From the IMG/VR virus record IMGVR_UViG_3300010430_000045, positions 1 through 57,062 of that record: 57,062 nucleotides of DNA; one strand, given 5' to 3'. Positions 22,848 through 31,791 of this stretch are shown in pieces. Under the pieces are notes generated by a model. That model made no database searches. It had not been told where the DNA came from and saw only the letters and a program-made list of their open reading frames with translations. The translations under genes and the position numbers were made by a program. Within the stretch, counting starts at the first letter, position 1; each line of letters begins with the position of its first letter. Source of the stretch: a virus.

Positions 22848-24097
22848 ACAAGCACGACAGGGACTCCGTCCTGAATCACCTCGACGCGGTAGCGGACGAG
22901 CTACAAGAGCACGCCGATGCCATTGGCCACGAGGGGACGTTGGCCATGCGGATGCTGTGTATGCATATCGGGCACAGCGTTCGCCTGCTTCGCACGTGTT
23001 CCGCCTCACGAGCCGAGACTAAGCACCGCAGCGAGCGCATCGAGGAGCTGACCCAGGCACTCCTCGGGAGGCAGAACTCGATCGCCGGGCTGGAGACGGT
23101 CATCGATGGCCTGCACCGTGAGATCGAGAGGCTGAAGGCCGAGTGCTTTCACGATGCGTCGAGGCCGTTCACGCCCTTGCTGCCCATCGTTGCCACGGAG
23201 CCGTGCACCGGGGACGAGCCGCACTTCAATCAGCGGATCGTGTGCGATGGCGAGTGCTCGAATCACTACGTCGCGACCGGTGCGTACTGGACGAAGGACG
23301 GCGAGGGTGCGTGGCGAATCGACCTCCTGTTGCACAAGCACTGGTGCTCGGTGCTGGTCTCGTTGGACGGTGCTGAGCTCGCCCACGTGGACGTGAAGCT
23401 CTGCGGTCGCAACGACCACCTGCTCGCGGAAGGTCGAGAGGTCGGTGCCGCCATCCTATGGTCGGGCATCCGCTCGGTCTGGATGAAGGCAGCCGCTGAT
23501 GTGCCGTCGGCCATCGCTAGCATGAAAGCACAGCTCGACTCGGCGAAGCATGAGCGGGACGGGATACACCAAATCGTCCTGACCACGCACCGCCACCTCA
23601 ACGAGCACAGCGTCCGAGATGGTCCGTTGCCGGAGCGCATCGAGTGGCTGGTCGAGGACTGGGAGACGAAGCGCGAGGAAGCGATGCTGCTCAGAGCGAG
23701 GGATCTCGACGAGGGTGGGCTGGCGCTCCGACGGGAGGTGCTGGCGCACGATGCGCTCACCGCTGCTGGGGTACGGAGTGGCGACAGCACCATCGTGGGG
23801 CGCATTGGTCTTCTCGTTGCCGAGCGCGACACCCACAGGGGCGAGATGCTTCGCCCCCCATGCCCCGACTGCTCGCCGGTACCGGTGCGGTGCGAGGAGT
23901 GCGAGATCGTCTACGGCGACGGGTGCCTGCCGTCCGAGGTGGATGGCGGGTTGTGTCGTGGGTGCGGCAGGCGTTGGGCGTTGTGCCCATGTTCGGTAAA
24001 CCCAGTTATTTCCAAAACGGAAACAGGTGGCGACCCCGTCGTGGGCCCGTGCGATGTGTGCAACGGTGCAGGGTGTGCCGAGTGCGAGGTGGACTGA
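22844..24097 (+). CDS. Hypothetical coiled-coil protein with a Cys-rich (Zn-ribbon-like) C-terminus
   Basis: Track ORF 22739..24097(+). The ATG at 22844 (MNKHDRDSV...) has AAGGAGG 9 nt upstream. The C-terminus reads CPDC...CEEC...CRGC...CPC...CDVCNGAGCAEC. Confidence 0.6.
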   Translation: MNKHDRDSVLNHLDAVADELQEHADAIGHEGTLAMRMLCMHIGHSVRLLRTCSASRAETKHRSERIEELTQALLGRQNSIAGLETVIDGLHREIERLKAECFHDASRPFTPLLPIVATEPCTGDEPHFNQRIVCDGECSNHYVATGAYWTKDGEGAWRIDLLLHKHWCSVLVSLDGAELAHVDVKLCGRNDHLLAEGREVGAAILWSGIRSVWMKAAADVPSAIASMKAQLDSAKHERDGIHQIVLTTHRHLNEHSVRDGPLPERIEWLVEDWETKREEAMLLRARDLDEGGLALRREVLAHDALTAAGVRSGDSTIVGRIGLLVAERDTHRGEMLRPPCPDCSPVPVRCEECEIVYGDGCLPSEVDGGLCRGCGRRWALCPCSVNPVISKTETGGDPVVGPCDVCNGAGCAECEVD

Positions 24098-24468
24098 TGG
24101 GCGTGAAGAACGACAAGGCCGAGGCCACCGACCGACTCGCCTCGGCTCTCCGCGCGTTCAGCGTGGGCTTCGAAGCGCTATCGATTGCGATGCGCGAGAT
24201 GGCCGAGCAGGTGGAGCTACTGGGACCAGGGCTCGGCAACGAAGTGTTCTCGCCCGAGACCTTCTGCCCAGTCTGCGGAATCGAAGATCCGGACCTCAAC
24301 GTGGACTACGAGGCGGGCAAGGTCACGGGCTGCTCGGCGTGTGAGGCTGGGCCGGATATTTCCCCCGGGGGAATGAACGAGCTCGCCTACGTTTGCACGG
24401 ATTGCGGGGCCATGTGGACTGGGTCGATCAAGTGTCCGAACGGATGCGAGGACGAAGGCGAGACGTGA
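24097..24468 (+). CDS. Hypothetical Zn-ribbon protein
   Basis: This is the tail of track ORF 23644..24468 with a TGATG overlap, beginning MGVKNDKAEA... Cys pairs are CPVC, CSAC, CTDC and CPNGC. Confidence 0.55.
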   Translation: MGVKNDKAEATDRLASALRAFSVGFEALSIAMREMAEQVELLGPGLGNEVFSPETFCPVCGIEDPDLNVDYEAGKVTGCSACEAGPDISPGGMNELAYVCTDCGAMWTGSIKCPNGCEDEGET

Positions 24469-24548
24469 GCACGAGCACCCTCGCAATCCTGTGGATCATC
24501 ATCATTGGCCTTGCCACCTGGTGGGCCATCGAGAACGAATGGGAGTGA
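24465..24548 (+). CDS. Possible 27-aa transmembrane peptide
   Basis: Hand translation from the GTG at 24465 (GTGA overlap) gives VSTSTLAILWIIIIGLATWWAIENEWE. It exactly fills the gap to the next gene. It is very short and therefore tentative. Confidence 0.3.
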   Translation: MSTSTLAILWIIIIGLATWWAIENEWE

Positions 24549-24550
24549 CC

Positions 24551-24793
24551 ATGAGCGACTTACCGAGACGCGCCTACGAGGCGTACATGTTGGCGTTCCC
24601 TCCCGGAATGCTGGGACCGTGGGAGTGCCTGTCCGACACAGCCAAGCTGGGCTGGACGAAGGCGACAGCGACCATCGTTGGCGACCTCCTGCCAGACCGT
24701 GAGACGGAGTATGGACCGTGCCCCGAGTGCGAGGCTGATGGCGCGGCATCCTGCACGTGTGATGGCGGGACCGTTGTTCCGCTGCGGAGGTGA
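24551..24793 (+). CDS. Hypothetical protein with a C-terminal Cys cluster
   Basis: Track ORF 24491..24793(+). The ATG at 24551 has GGGAG 6 nt upstream. It begins MSDLPRRAYEAY and contains CPECEADGAASCTCDG. Confidence 0.5.
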   Translation: MSDLPRRAYEAYMLAFPPGMLGPWECLSDTAKLGWTKATATIVGDLLPDRETEYGPCPECEADGAASCTCDGGTVVPLRR

Positions 24794-24794
24794 C

Positions 24795-25049
24795 ATGAAC
24801 GAGAACCCAGGGCCGGGCCAAACAACCGTGAGCGGTGGCGACCTCGTCATGGTCGACCACAAGTGGTATGCGGTCGTCGTCGGGTACGTGAGCGTGGCGG
24901 GCCTCGAGCTCGTCAAGATTGCCTACGACACGGGCATGCTGAATCGGGACGGGACGCGTCGCGTCAAGCGGATGTCCGTCAAGCGTGAGCGGATCTCGGT
25001 CCCGATCGGGGTCACGGGAGGTGGGGACGATGCTCCAGATCAAACGTAG
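24795..25049 (+). CDS. Hypothetical protein
   Basis: Track ORF 24678..25049(+). The ATG at 24795 has GGAGG 5 nt upstream. It begins MNENPGPGQTTVSGGDLVMVDHKWYAVVVGYV... Confidence 0.5.
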   Translation: MNENPGPGQTTVSGGDLVMVDHKWYAVVVGYVSVAGLELVKIAYDTGMLNRDGTRRVKRMSVKRERISVPIGVTGGGDDAPDQT

Positions 25050-25314
25050 GATCGGAGAGTCGGTCCGGATTGGCGAGCTGCTCGTTACGCACGTCATGGT
25101 CGGAACCCGTCACGCCCTCCGCATCGAGGTCGATGGAGGTGGCGAACCTGCCTTCATCGTCCCAGGGACTCCCCGCTCGCAATGGCGCCTGGGGATTGTG
25201 GCCGACGGACAAGCCATCGAGAGGTGCGATGCACCCAATGTGCCCGCCAACATCAGCCGTGCTACTGTGCGAGTGTACCGGGCTCCTGACGTGGGGCCGA
25301 AGGAGGACAGATGA
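25030..25314 (+). CDS. CsrA-like (carbon storage regulator family) RNA-binding protein candidate
   Basis: Track ORF 24985..25314(+). The ATG at 25030 has GGGAGG 8 nt upstream. The N-terminus MLQIKRRIGESVRIGELLVTHVMVGTRHALRIEVDG parallels E. coli CsrA [36 protein letters not shown]. At 94 aa the protein is longer than CsrA. Confidence 0.45.
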   Translation: MLQIKRRIGESVRIGELLVTHVMVGTRHALRIEVDGGGEPAFIVPGTPRSQWRLGIVADGQAIERCDAPNVPANISRATVRVYRAPDVGPKEDR

Positions 25315-26294
25315 ACCATCGAGCGCAGAGATACAACGCCGTCCAACCGTGGACCGTCGAGGGGCTTCCGGGCCGCTTCGTTGAGCTGATCCCGTACGTG
25401 GACGACCACCCGGACAACGGCCTGGTCAGCAAGAGCTCGTACGAGTTCGCAGAGCTCGTCCAGGACTTCCAGTCGAGCTTCGGGCTTCATCCGGACGGGA
25501 TGCTGGGGCCCCGCACCCTGAAGGCGTTGTCCAAAGAGTACGCCGTCGTCTCCGACCATACCCAGGTCGAGCGGTGCGTCATGGTCAATAAGGGCATGAG
25601 GCCGGCGCCGTTCGAGGTGTATCACGGGGCGCCCTTCTGGTGCCGTGTGCGACCCGTGGCTCCGACCCGTGTCGATGTCCACGAATCCGTCACGGACGAC
25701 CCGGACATCTTCGACGAGGACGACACCACGGAACGCATCCTCCGCCGCAAGAAGTGTGGCGTGCACCTCATGCTCGGACCGGACGGCTCGGTGGTCCAGC
25801 ACAACGACCTCGTGACGGAGAGCCCGAACCACGTCTCGAAGCACAACAAACACAGCATCGGCATCGAGGTCGTCGGCCCGTACTACAAAGCCAGCGGGCG
25901 GTACTGGACCAACGTCATCGACGCGCCGTGGGCGCACAAAGGCAAGTACGCCGTGCCGCCCCTCACACAGCTCGAGATGCTGTACCTCGTCATCCGGTGG
26001 ATATGGGAGCAGTCCGAGTATGACGGCTCACCGCTGTCCGTGAGTAAGACCCACCGAGGGGTTCGTCCGGATCCCAACTACTCCGACCGGCGTCGGGTGA
26101 ACATGGGGCGGACGAAGAGCGGTAGCGGTAGCGGCATTTGGGCTCACGGCTACACCGGGCACGCTGACGGCTACTTCCCGCTGCTCTACGTGTACCTCCG
26201 GATGTGCGGACGGACTCAGCTCAACGCCTACCGAGAAGCGATCATGCTCGCCACCGGGGCGAAGAAATACGTCGTGGTCGACCTGAATGTATGA
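25311..26294 (+). CDS. Endolysin: PG_binding_1 domain + N-acetylmuramoyl-L-alanine amidase (Amidase_2/PGRP-like)
   Basis: Track ORF of 327 aa with AGGAGG 4 nt upstream. The peptidoglycan-binding repeat is VQDFQSSFGLHPDGMLGPRTLKAL. The amidase core is VDVHESVTDD...GVHLMLGPDGSVVQHNDL...NKHSIGIEVVGP. Confidence 0.75.
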   Translation: MNHRAQRYNAVQPWTVEGLPGRFVELIPYVDDHPDNGLVSKSSYEFAELVQDFQSSFGLHPDGMLGPRTLKALSKEYAVVSDHTQVERCVMVNKGMRPAPFEVYHGAPFWCRVRPVAPTRVDVHESVTDDPDIFDEDDTTERILRRKKCGVHLMLGPDGSVVQHNDLVTESPNHVSKHNKHSIGIEVVGPYYKASGRYWTNVIDAPWAHKGKYAVPPLTQLEMLYLVIRWIWEQSEYDGSPLSVSKTHRGVRPDPNYSDRRRVNMGRTKSGSGSGIWAHGYTGHADGYFPLLYVYLRMCGRTQLNAYREAIMLATGAKKYVVVDLNV

Positions 26295-27835
26295 GCGGAC
26301 CCAGCATCAACGACATCCTCCGCGAACGGGTGCGGAGGGAGCGGGTTCGGCGTAGCGCACGTGGCGACTTCCTGTCGTTCACCGAGTACACGAAGCCGAA
26401 CTACGAGACGAACTGGCACCACGCAGCACTGGCCAGAAAGCTCGAGTGGTGGGTCGATACCCCTGGGGCGAAGCTGATCGTTTGTATGCCGCCGCGGCAT
26501 GGCAAGTCCGAGCTCGTCTCCCGGCGCCTCCCAGCGTACATCTTCGGCCGTCACCCAAACTCCGACATCATCGCCACGAGCTACGCCCAGGACCTGGCGA
26601 ACTCCATGTCGCGAGACGTCCAGTCCATCATGGACGATGCGGCATACCTGAGCCTGTTCCCAGGCTCCCGGAGGCCGTTTCGAGGCGGGACGCGAAAGTC
26701 GAAGGACACAATCTCCGAGTGGGGACTGGCGCACCGCACCGGGTCTTACAAGGCCGCTGGCGTGGGTGCTGGTATCACCGGTCGAGGGTTCGACTTCGGC
26801 ATCATCGACGACCCGATTAAGAACGACGACGAGGCCCAGTCACCCAGGGCCCGAGACCGGGTTTGGTACTGGTATCACTCGACCTTCGCCACGAGACGTG
26901 AACCGGGGGCCCGCACCCTGATCACGATGACCCGCTGGCATCAGGACGATCTCGTTGGCCGACTCCTCGACTCCGAGGATGACTGGGAGACGATCATCCT
27001 GCCGTGCGTCAAAGAGGACGCACCGACCATCGACGAGGATCCCCGAGAGGTGGGCGGGCTGTTGTGGCCGTCACGCTTCGGGCCTGAGCGGGTTGCCGAA
27101 GCTCAGAAGATCCAGCGTGTTTGGAATGCGGCGTATCGCCAGTCCCCGAGCGAGGGCGAGGGCAACGTCTTCAAGAAAGGCATGTTCCAGCGCTACGACC
27201 ACCTCCCCGCAGGGGACGAGGCGATCGTCGAGTACGTGCTGTCCATCGATGCCGCCTTCAAGGATACGGCGGCGAGCTCCAGGGTCTCGCTCCAGCTGTG
27301 GGGTCGAGGTGCTGGCAAGCCCCGCTACTTCCTTCTCGAAGACGACACCGACCAGATGGGCTTCCTGGCGACGATCAAGCGCTCGAAGGAAATCGTCGAG
27401 CGCTGGCCGGAGTCGAAGGGTCGGCTCGTCGTCCTGATCGAGGACAAGGCCAACGGGCCAGCCATCATCGAGGCGATGGGCAGGACGTTCCCGTCCATCA
27501 TCCCTGTCACGCCGAGGGAGTCCAAAGTCGCACGAGCCCAGGCCGTACTCCCGGTCTTCGTCTCCCGTTGCGTCTACGTACCTACCGAGAGTTACCTGGT
27601 CCGTGGTACGTCTCCAGCGTTCTGGGCTCGACCCTATATCGACGAGCTAAAAGAATTCCCGTACCATGCGTACAACGACCGGGTCGATGCGACCTCGCAA
27701 GTGCTGCTGTACTTCATCGAGAACGCCTGGGACCTGAACTTCGGTCGCCTCGATCAGCTCGAAGACGACGAGTCCGAGATGTTGATCGGGGACGACTCAC
27801 CGAATGGAAACGCGACATGGCTGACACCTTTCTGA
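26291..27835 (+). CDS. terL: Terminase large subunit
   Basis: Track ORF 26204..27835(+). The ATG at 26291 forms an ATGA overlap. Motifs are Walker A CMPPRHGKSE, Walker B FGIIDDP and the coupling motif MTRWHQDDL. Nuclease acidic residues are LSIDAAFK, VLIEDKANG and NDRVDATSQ. Confidence 0.9.
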   Translation: MSGPSINDILRERVRRERVRRSARGDFLSFTEYTKPNYETNWHHAALARKLEWWVDTPGAKLIVCMPPRHGKSELVSRRLPAYIFGRHPNSDIIATSYAQDLANSMSRDVQSIMDDAAYLSLFPGSRRPFRGGTRKSKDTISEWGLAHRTGSYKAAGVGAGITGRGFDFGIIDDPIKNDDEAQSPRARDRVWYWYHSTFATRREPGARTLITMTRWHQDDLVGRLLDSEDDWETIILPCVKEDAPTIDEDPREVGGLLWPSRFGPERVAEAQKIQRVWNAAYRQSPSEGEGNVFKKGMFQRYDHLPAGDEAIVEYVLSIDAAFKDTAASSRVSLQLWGRGAGKPRYFLLEDDTDQMGFLATIKRSKEIVERWPESKGRLVVLIEDKANGPAIIEAMGRTFPSIIPVTPRESKVARAQAVLPVFVSRCVYVPTESYLVRGTSPAFWARPYIDELKEFPYHAYNDRVDATSQVLLYFIENAWDLNFGRLDQLEDDESEMLIGDDSPNGNATWLTPF

Positions 27836-29187
27836 CACGACTCTTCGGCTGGATGAATGGACCCGCCCGCCGGGAGGAGCAGCCCGATCCCGAGGGTGCG
27901 AAGCTGATCAACGAGATGTTCGAGAAGAACGTCAGCATCGCCGAGAGCTTCGGTGTCCAGGAAGGTCGCCCGGTCTGGTCCGAGTGGGCGACGGAGCGGG
28001 CCATCAAGGACGGGATGAAAGCCAGCGTCTACGTCTACCGGTGCGCTGGGCTCAACGCAAAGTCGGTGGCATCAGTGCCCATCAGGCACGTGGACGAGAA
28101 CGGAGAAGCTCTCGGCGAGACTCCTGTCCAAATGCTGATGAACAAGCCCAACGACTACTGGACCCGCCAAACGTTTATGGCGCGGCTCATGTACTTCCTG
28201 ATGCTGGGCGGGAACGCCATCATCCACAAGAACCGTGGAGGTCGCCCAGCACCAGCCCCCGTCCTCGAGCTGTGGCTTATCCACCCGGACCAGATCAAGC
28301 CCGTTCCGAGCAAAGAGAAGATCGTCTCGCACTACGAGTTCAAGGACGCCAACGGGAGGAAGCGGAACATCCCGGCCGAGGACATCATCCACCTGATGCT
28401 GGTCGATCCGTCGAACATGTACTGGGGACTCTCCGTGATCCAGGCCGCGGCGAAGACCATCGACACCGAGGTCGAGGCGATCACGTGGAACAAGGTCGCC
28501 ATGCAGAAGCGCGCGGTCGCCGACGGCATGTTCGCCTTCGACCAGAAGCTCTCCCGCGAGCAATGGATTGAAGCTCGGATGCGCATCCGCACCCAGCACG
28601 CAGGAGCGAAGAACGCCCGCGAGCCCTGGGTCATGGGCAACAACGTCAAGTGGGTCCCGATGCAGATGACCCCGGTCGAGATGGACTTCATCAAGAGCCG
28701 CAAGATGGGCCGCGAGGAGATCTGCACGGCCTTCGGTGTGCCGCCGGTCCTCGTGGGGTCGGAGGAGAAGTCCACATACAACAACTACGTCACAGCCCGC
28801 TTGGCGTACTGGGAGGACACGGTCGTTCCGTTGCTCGTCATGGTCGAGCAGGCCATCACGCTCGGGCTGACGGACGACTTCCAGCTCGGCTCAACGAACC
28901 TCGTCTTCGACCTCTCGAAGAACAAAGTCCTGAACCAGCTCACGCCAGATACCATCACCGTCGCCTCCGGCCTCCAACAAATGGGCGTGCCGTTCAACAT
29001 CATCAACGAGCGGCTCTCGATGGGCATCGACGAGTTCGTGGGCTGGGATGTGTCGTACCTCGCCTCGGGGTTGGTCCCGGCCTCCCAGCTCCAGGTGGAT
29101 CCGTTTACGATGATGGGCGAGTCCGAGATGAAAGCGGTTGCGATGATCCTCGCACAGCAGCGTGAAGCGTACCTGCTCGAAGCATGA
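27817..29187 (+). CDS. Portal protein (HK97-type Phage_portal family)
   Basis: Track ORF 27121..29187(+). The in-frame ATG at 27817 (MADTFLTRLFGW...) gives 456 aa. The gene lies immediately after terL and has the typical portal length and pattern (...AVADGMFAFDQKLS..., ...FGVPPVLVG...). Confidence 0.85.
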   Translation: MADTFLTRLFGWMNGPARREEQPDPEGAKLINEMFEKNVSIAESFGVQEGRPVWSEWATERAIKDGMKASVYVYRCAGLNAKSVASVPIRHVDENGEALGETPVQMLMNKPNDYWTRQTFMARLMYFLMLGGNAIIHKNRGGRPAPAPVLELWLIHPDQIKPVPSKEKIVSHYEFKDANGRKRNIPAEDIIHLMLVDPSNMYWGLSVIQAAAKTIDTEVEAITWNKVAMQKRAVADGMFAFDQKLSREQWIEARMRIRTQHAGAKNAREPWVMGNNVKWVPMQMTPVEMDFIKSRKMGREEICTAFGVPPVLVGSEEKSTYNNYVTARLAYWEDTVVPLLVMVEQAITLGLTDDFQLGSTNLVFDLSKNKVLNQLTPDTITVASGLQQMGVPFNIINERLSMGIDEFVGWDVSYLASGLVPASQLQVDPFTMMGESEMKAVAMILAQQREAYLLEA

Positions 29188-31031
29188 CCCGAGTATCGGA
29201 CAGGCGAACCATCGAGGGGCTGTGGCGACGCTACCTCTCGAAGAACCAGCCACAGCTGCAACGTGATCTCGGCTCCGTTTGGAAGTCCCAGAAGGAATCG
29301 CTCACGTTCGCTGATGTTCAAATGGCAGTGCGGAATGGCCGACTCCCAGCCTCCGTCGCCAAGCGCTGGTCGAAGTCCTATGCGAAGTTCGTCCGGGGCG
29401 ACCTCTCGAAATCCTGGAAGGATGCCGCCGCCCAGAACTCGAACATGGTCCGGCGCGGGCTGACCCAGGTAGGGTTCCCCAGGATCCACAGGACGGCCGA
29501 TCAGGACGACGACTACTTGATGAACATGGACGATTGGGCCCACAAGCGAGCGGGCACGTCCATGGCAGATCTGAATACGTACCAAGCGATCACGATGAAC
29601 CGTGTGCTGCACTGGCACACCGTCAACGAGCCACTCTCGCCGCGTCGCATGGCCCAGGTCATCAAGCCGTTCGTTCCGCTGACCCCGAGGCAAACGAGCT
29701 ACGTTCTCGGCTACCGACAAAAGCTGATCGACGATGGCGTGACCGGCGATGAGCTCGACAAGAAGATGGCGAGGTACGCCGACCGCCAAGCCAACATCCG
29801 GGCCAAGCGGATCGCGCGGACGGAGCTCGCCACCGCGTACAATACGGGCGGCCTGATCACTGTCCAGGGGTACGTGGCCAACGGCACCCTCGGACCCGGA
29901 GCTACGAAGGAGTGGCTGACGGCCGAGGACGAGCGCGTATGCCGCATTTGCGGGCCGCTCGACAATCCGCCGGGCAATGTTAAACCCCTCGACCAGGAGT
30001 TTACCTCGGGCGGGCTCTCGACCCAGGCGCCGCCCATTCATCCGAACTGCCGATGCACGTTGCTCTATGACGTCGAGGAGGGCGAGTTCGAGGAAGTCGA
30101 CGACAGCTTGAAGTTGTCCGACGACGAACGCCAAACCTTCATCGACGATACGTACGATGGCGGGCGTGGGTTCCCGCAAGACTACCCGACGCCCGACGAT
30201 ATGGACGATGCCAAGCTGGCGAAGTCCATCGAGGATCAGTTCCGGTTTGCCAGGCCGAATGGCAGCGACGGTGCGCAAGACGGAATGTTCCCGGATCAAG
30301 CTCGGGCGCGCAGGCAGCTCAACCAGTTGATGACCGAGTACGGTGTCCCGTCCCGTGACCTCCTGAATGCCGACTACCGCTCGAAGCCATTGTTGCCACC
30401 AGGCAAGAACCGAAAGCACCTCATGCCGACATCGAGCTCGGCCCTGAAGATGGACTTCAAAGACGACCTGGGTCGAGGCGAGGCGTGGCACTCTTGGCGT
30501 GGCCACATCCGCATGCGGAAGGACAGGCTCGAGGGTGCAGCACAATTCCTTCGTGGGAGTCGGAGCCAGTACGATTCGTCCTCCATGTCATTCCTGATTC
30601 ACGAGCAGATGCACGGCCAGGGATTCATCACCCCGCAGCAGTACACGACTTCGAAGTTCTGGGCTGGCATGGAGGAATTTACGACCGAGGGTTCGGCTCG
30701 CTACATCATGCGAGACCGTTGGCTCGGAGGTCCGCCGCGGACCCAGGGCGGGTACGCCAGGATGATGAACTCGATGGACGAGGCATTGTCGCGGGCATCG
30801 GGCTGGGACCTGGAGACGTCGAGAGGTCGGTTGCACAAGGCAGCACTGCTCTTCAAGCGCCTGCCGGACTCCACACCAGGAGCTATAAGCAGTTGGCAAC
30901 GCATCGAGACACCAGGCAAGGCACTGAACCTGTTGCTCGAGGGCGTGGACGGGTACGGCGACCTGACACCAGCCCAACGCAAAGCAGTCAAAGAAGATCT
31001 GCGGAAGGTCTTGAAGCGAGGTCCGTCGTGA
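29184..31031 (+). CDS. MuF/SPP1-gp7-like minor head protein with a ~315-aa C-terminal extension carrying an HExxH motif
   Basis: Track ORF of 615 aa with an ATGA overlap. The MuF core is RIARTELATAYNTGG...EWLTAEDERVCRICGPLD...PPIHPNCRCTLLY (about aa 130-295). The extension contains LIHEQMHGQG (HEQMH at nt 30600-30614) and a downstream GMEEFTTEG. Confidence 0.8.
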   Translation: MTRVSDRRTIEGLWRRYLSKNQPQLQRDLGSVWKSQKESLTFADVQMAVRNGRLPASVAKRWSKSYAKFVRGDLSKSWKDAAAQNSNMVRRGLTQVGFPRIHRTADQDDDYLMNMDDWAHKRAGTSMADLNTYQAITMNRVLHWHTVNEPLSPRRMAQVIKPFVPLTPRQTSYVLGYRQKLIDDGVTGDELDKKMARYADRQANIRAKRIARTELATAYNTGGLITVQGYVANGTLGPGATKEWLTAEDERVCRICGPLDNPPGNVKPLDQEFTSGGLSTQAPPIHPNCRCTLLYDVEEGEFEEVDDSLKLSDDERQTFIDDTYDGGRGFPQDYPTPDDMDDAKLAKSIEDQFRFARPNGSDGAQDGMFPDQARARRQLNQLMTEYGVPSRDLLNADYRSKPLLPPGKNRKHLMPTSSSALKMDFKDDLGRGEAWHSWRGHIRMRKDRLEGAAQFLRGSRSQYDSSSMSFLIHEQMHGQGFITPQQYTTSKFWAGMEEFTTEGSARYIMRDRWLGGPPRTQGGYARMMNSMDEALSRASGWDLETSRGRLHKAALLFKRLPDSTPGAISSWQRIETPGKALNLLLEGVDGYGDLTPAQRKAVKEDLRKVLKRGPS

Positions 31032-31243
31032 GCATCGAAGACGAAATCTACAGCATCGAGATCGGCGACATCGATGGTGCCGTTGCCTGGATCCGCGAGT
31101 TTGCGGAGTCCGAGGGTGAAATGCCTGGACCCGAGCTGAGCGAGATGTTATTCATGCGGGCGTTGGAACCCGAGGACTGGGAACGAATTCAGGTGGCCTT
31201 CGACGAAGTCGCCGCTGAGTTCGGATACTCGCTCGCACCGTAG
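31028..31243 (+). CDS. Small acidic hypothetical protein
   Basis: This is the tail of track ORF 30485..31243. The GTG at 31028 forms a GTGA overlap. The sequence begins VSIEDEIYSIEIGDIDGAVAWIREFAESEGE... Confidence 0.45.
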   Translation: MSIEDEIYSIEIGDIDGAVAWIREFAESEGEMPGPELSEMLFMRALEPEDWERIQVAFDEVAAEFGYSLAP

Positions 31244-31263
31244 CCTGAAGGAGGGCAGAAGGA

Positions 31264-31728
31264 ATGAAGGTCAAAGACGAAGCCACGAAGATTCGGAAGC
31301 TCACGGTCAAGGACAGCGAATACACGGAGGCCGTTGGATTTGTGGCAACCGTTGTCGTCGATATCGAGGTACGCCTCGCCGACCAGAAGCAGCTTCTCGA
31401 TACCAACCTGAAGAACGCTATCCACCAGCTTCTCGTTGTCGGTCGCGCCGCCGAGAATGACGATGGGCCAAACACGTACGTGCTGAAGGCGAAGCGGAAG
31501 TTCGGGGCCATCGAGCACACGTTCTCGACCGAGAAGAACGAGGTCGTTTGCGTCGGCACTCCGAAGTACGTGACGTATCACGTGGTCGAGGGCGAGTTCT
31601 ACGTCCGCTACGCCATGACGACCCTGATCGCCGTCGCCCACCTCGCAGCCCTCGCGACGTTTATGGACAGCGAGGTTCAGCTCACGACGACCTCGGCCCA
31701 GCAAGACCTGTTCGAGGAAGCGGCCTGA
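31264..31728 (+). CDS. Hypothetical protein
   Basis: Track ORF of 154 aa with GAAGGAGGG upstream. A strong intrinsic terminator follows it. Confidence 0.6.
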   Translation: MKVKDEATKIRKLTVKDSEYTEAVGFVATVVVDIEVRLADQKQLLDTNLKNAIHQLLVVGRAAENDDGPNTYVLKAKRKFGAIEHTFSTEKNEVVCVGTPKYVTYHVVEGEFYVRYAMTTLIAVAHLAALATFMDSEVQLTTTSAQQDLFEEAA

Positions 31729-31791
31729 GTCAACTATTGGGCCCCGTCACTCTTTGCGAGCAGGCGTTGGCATAGGCGGTTCTGGGGCCCA

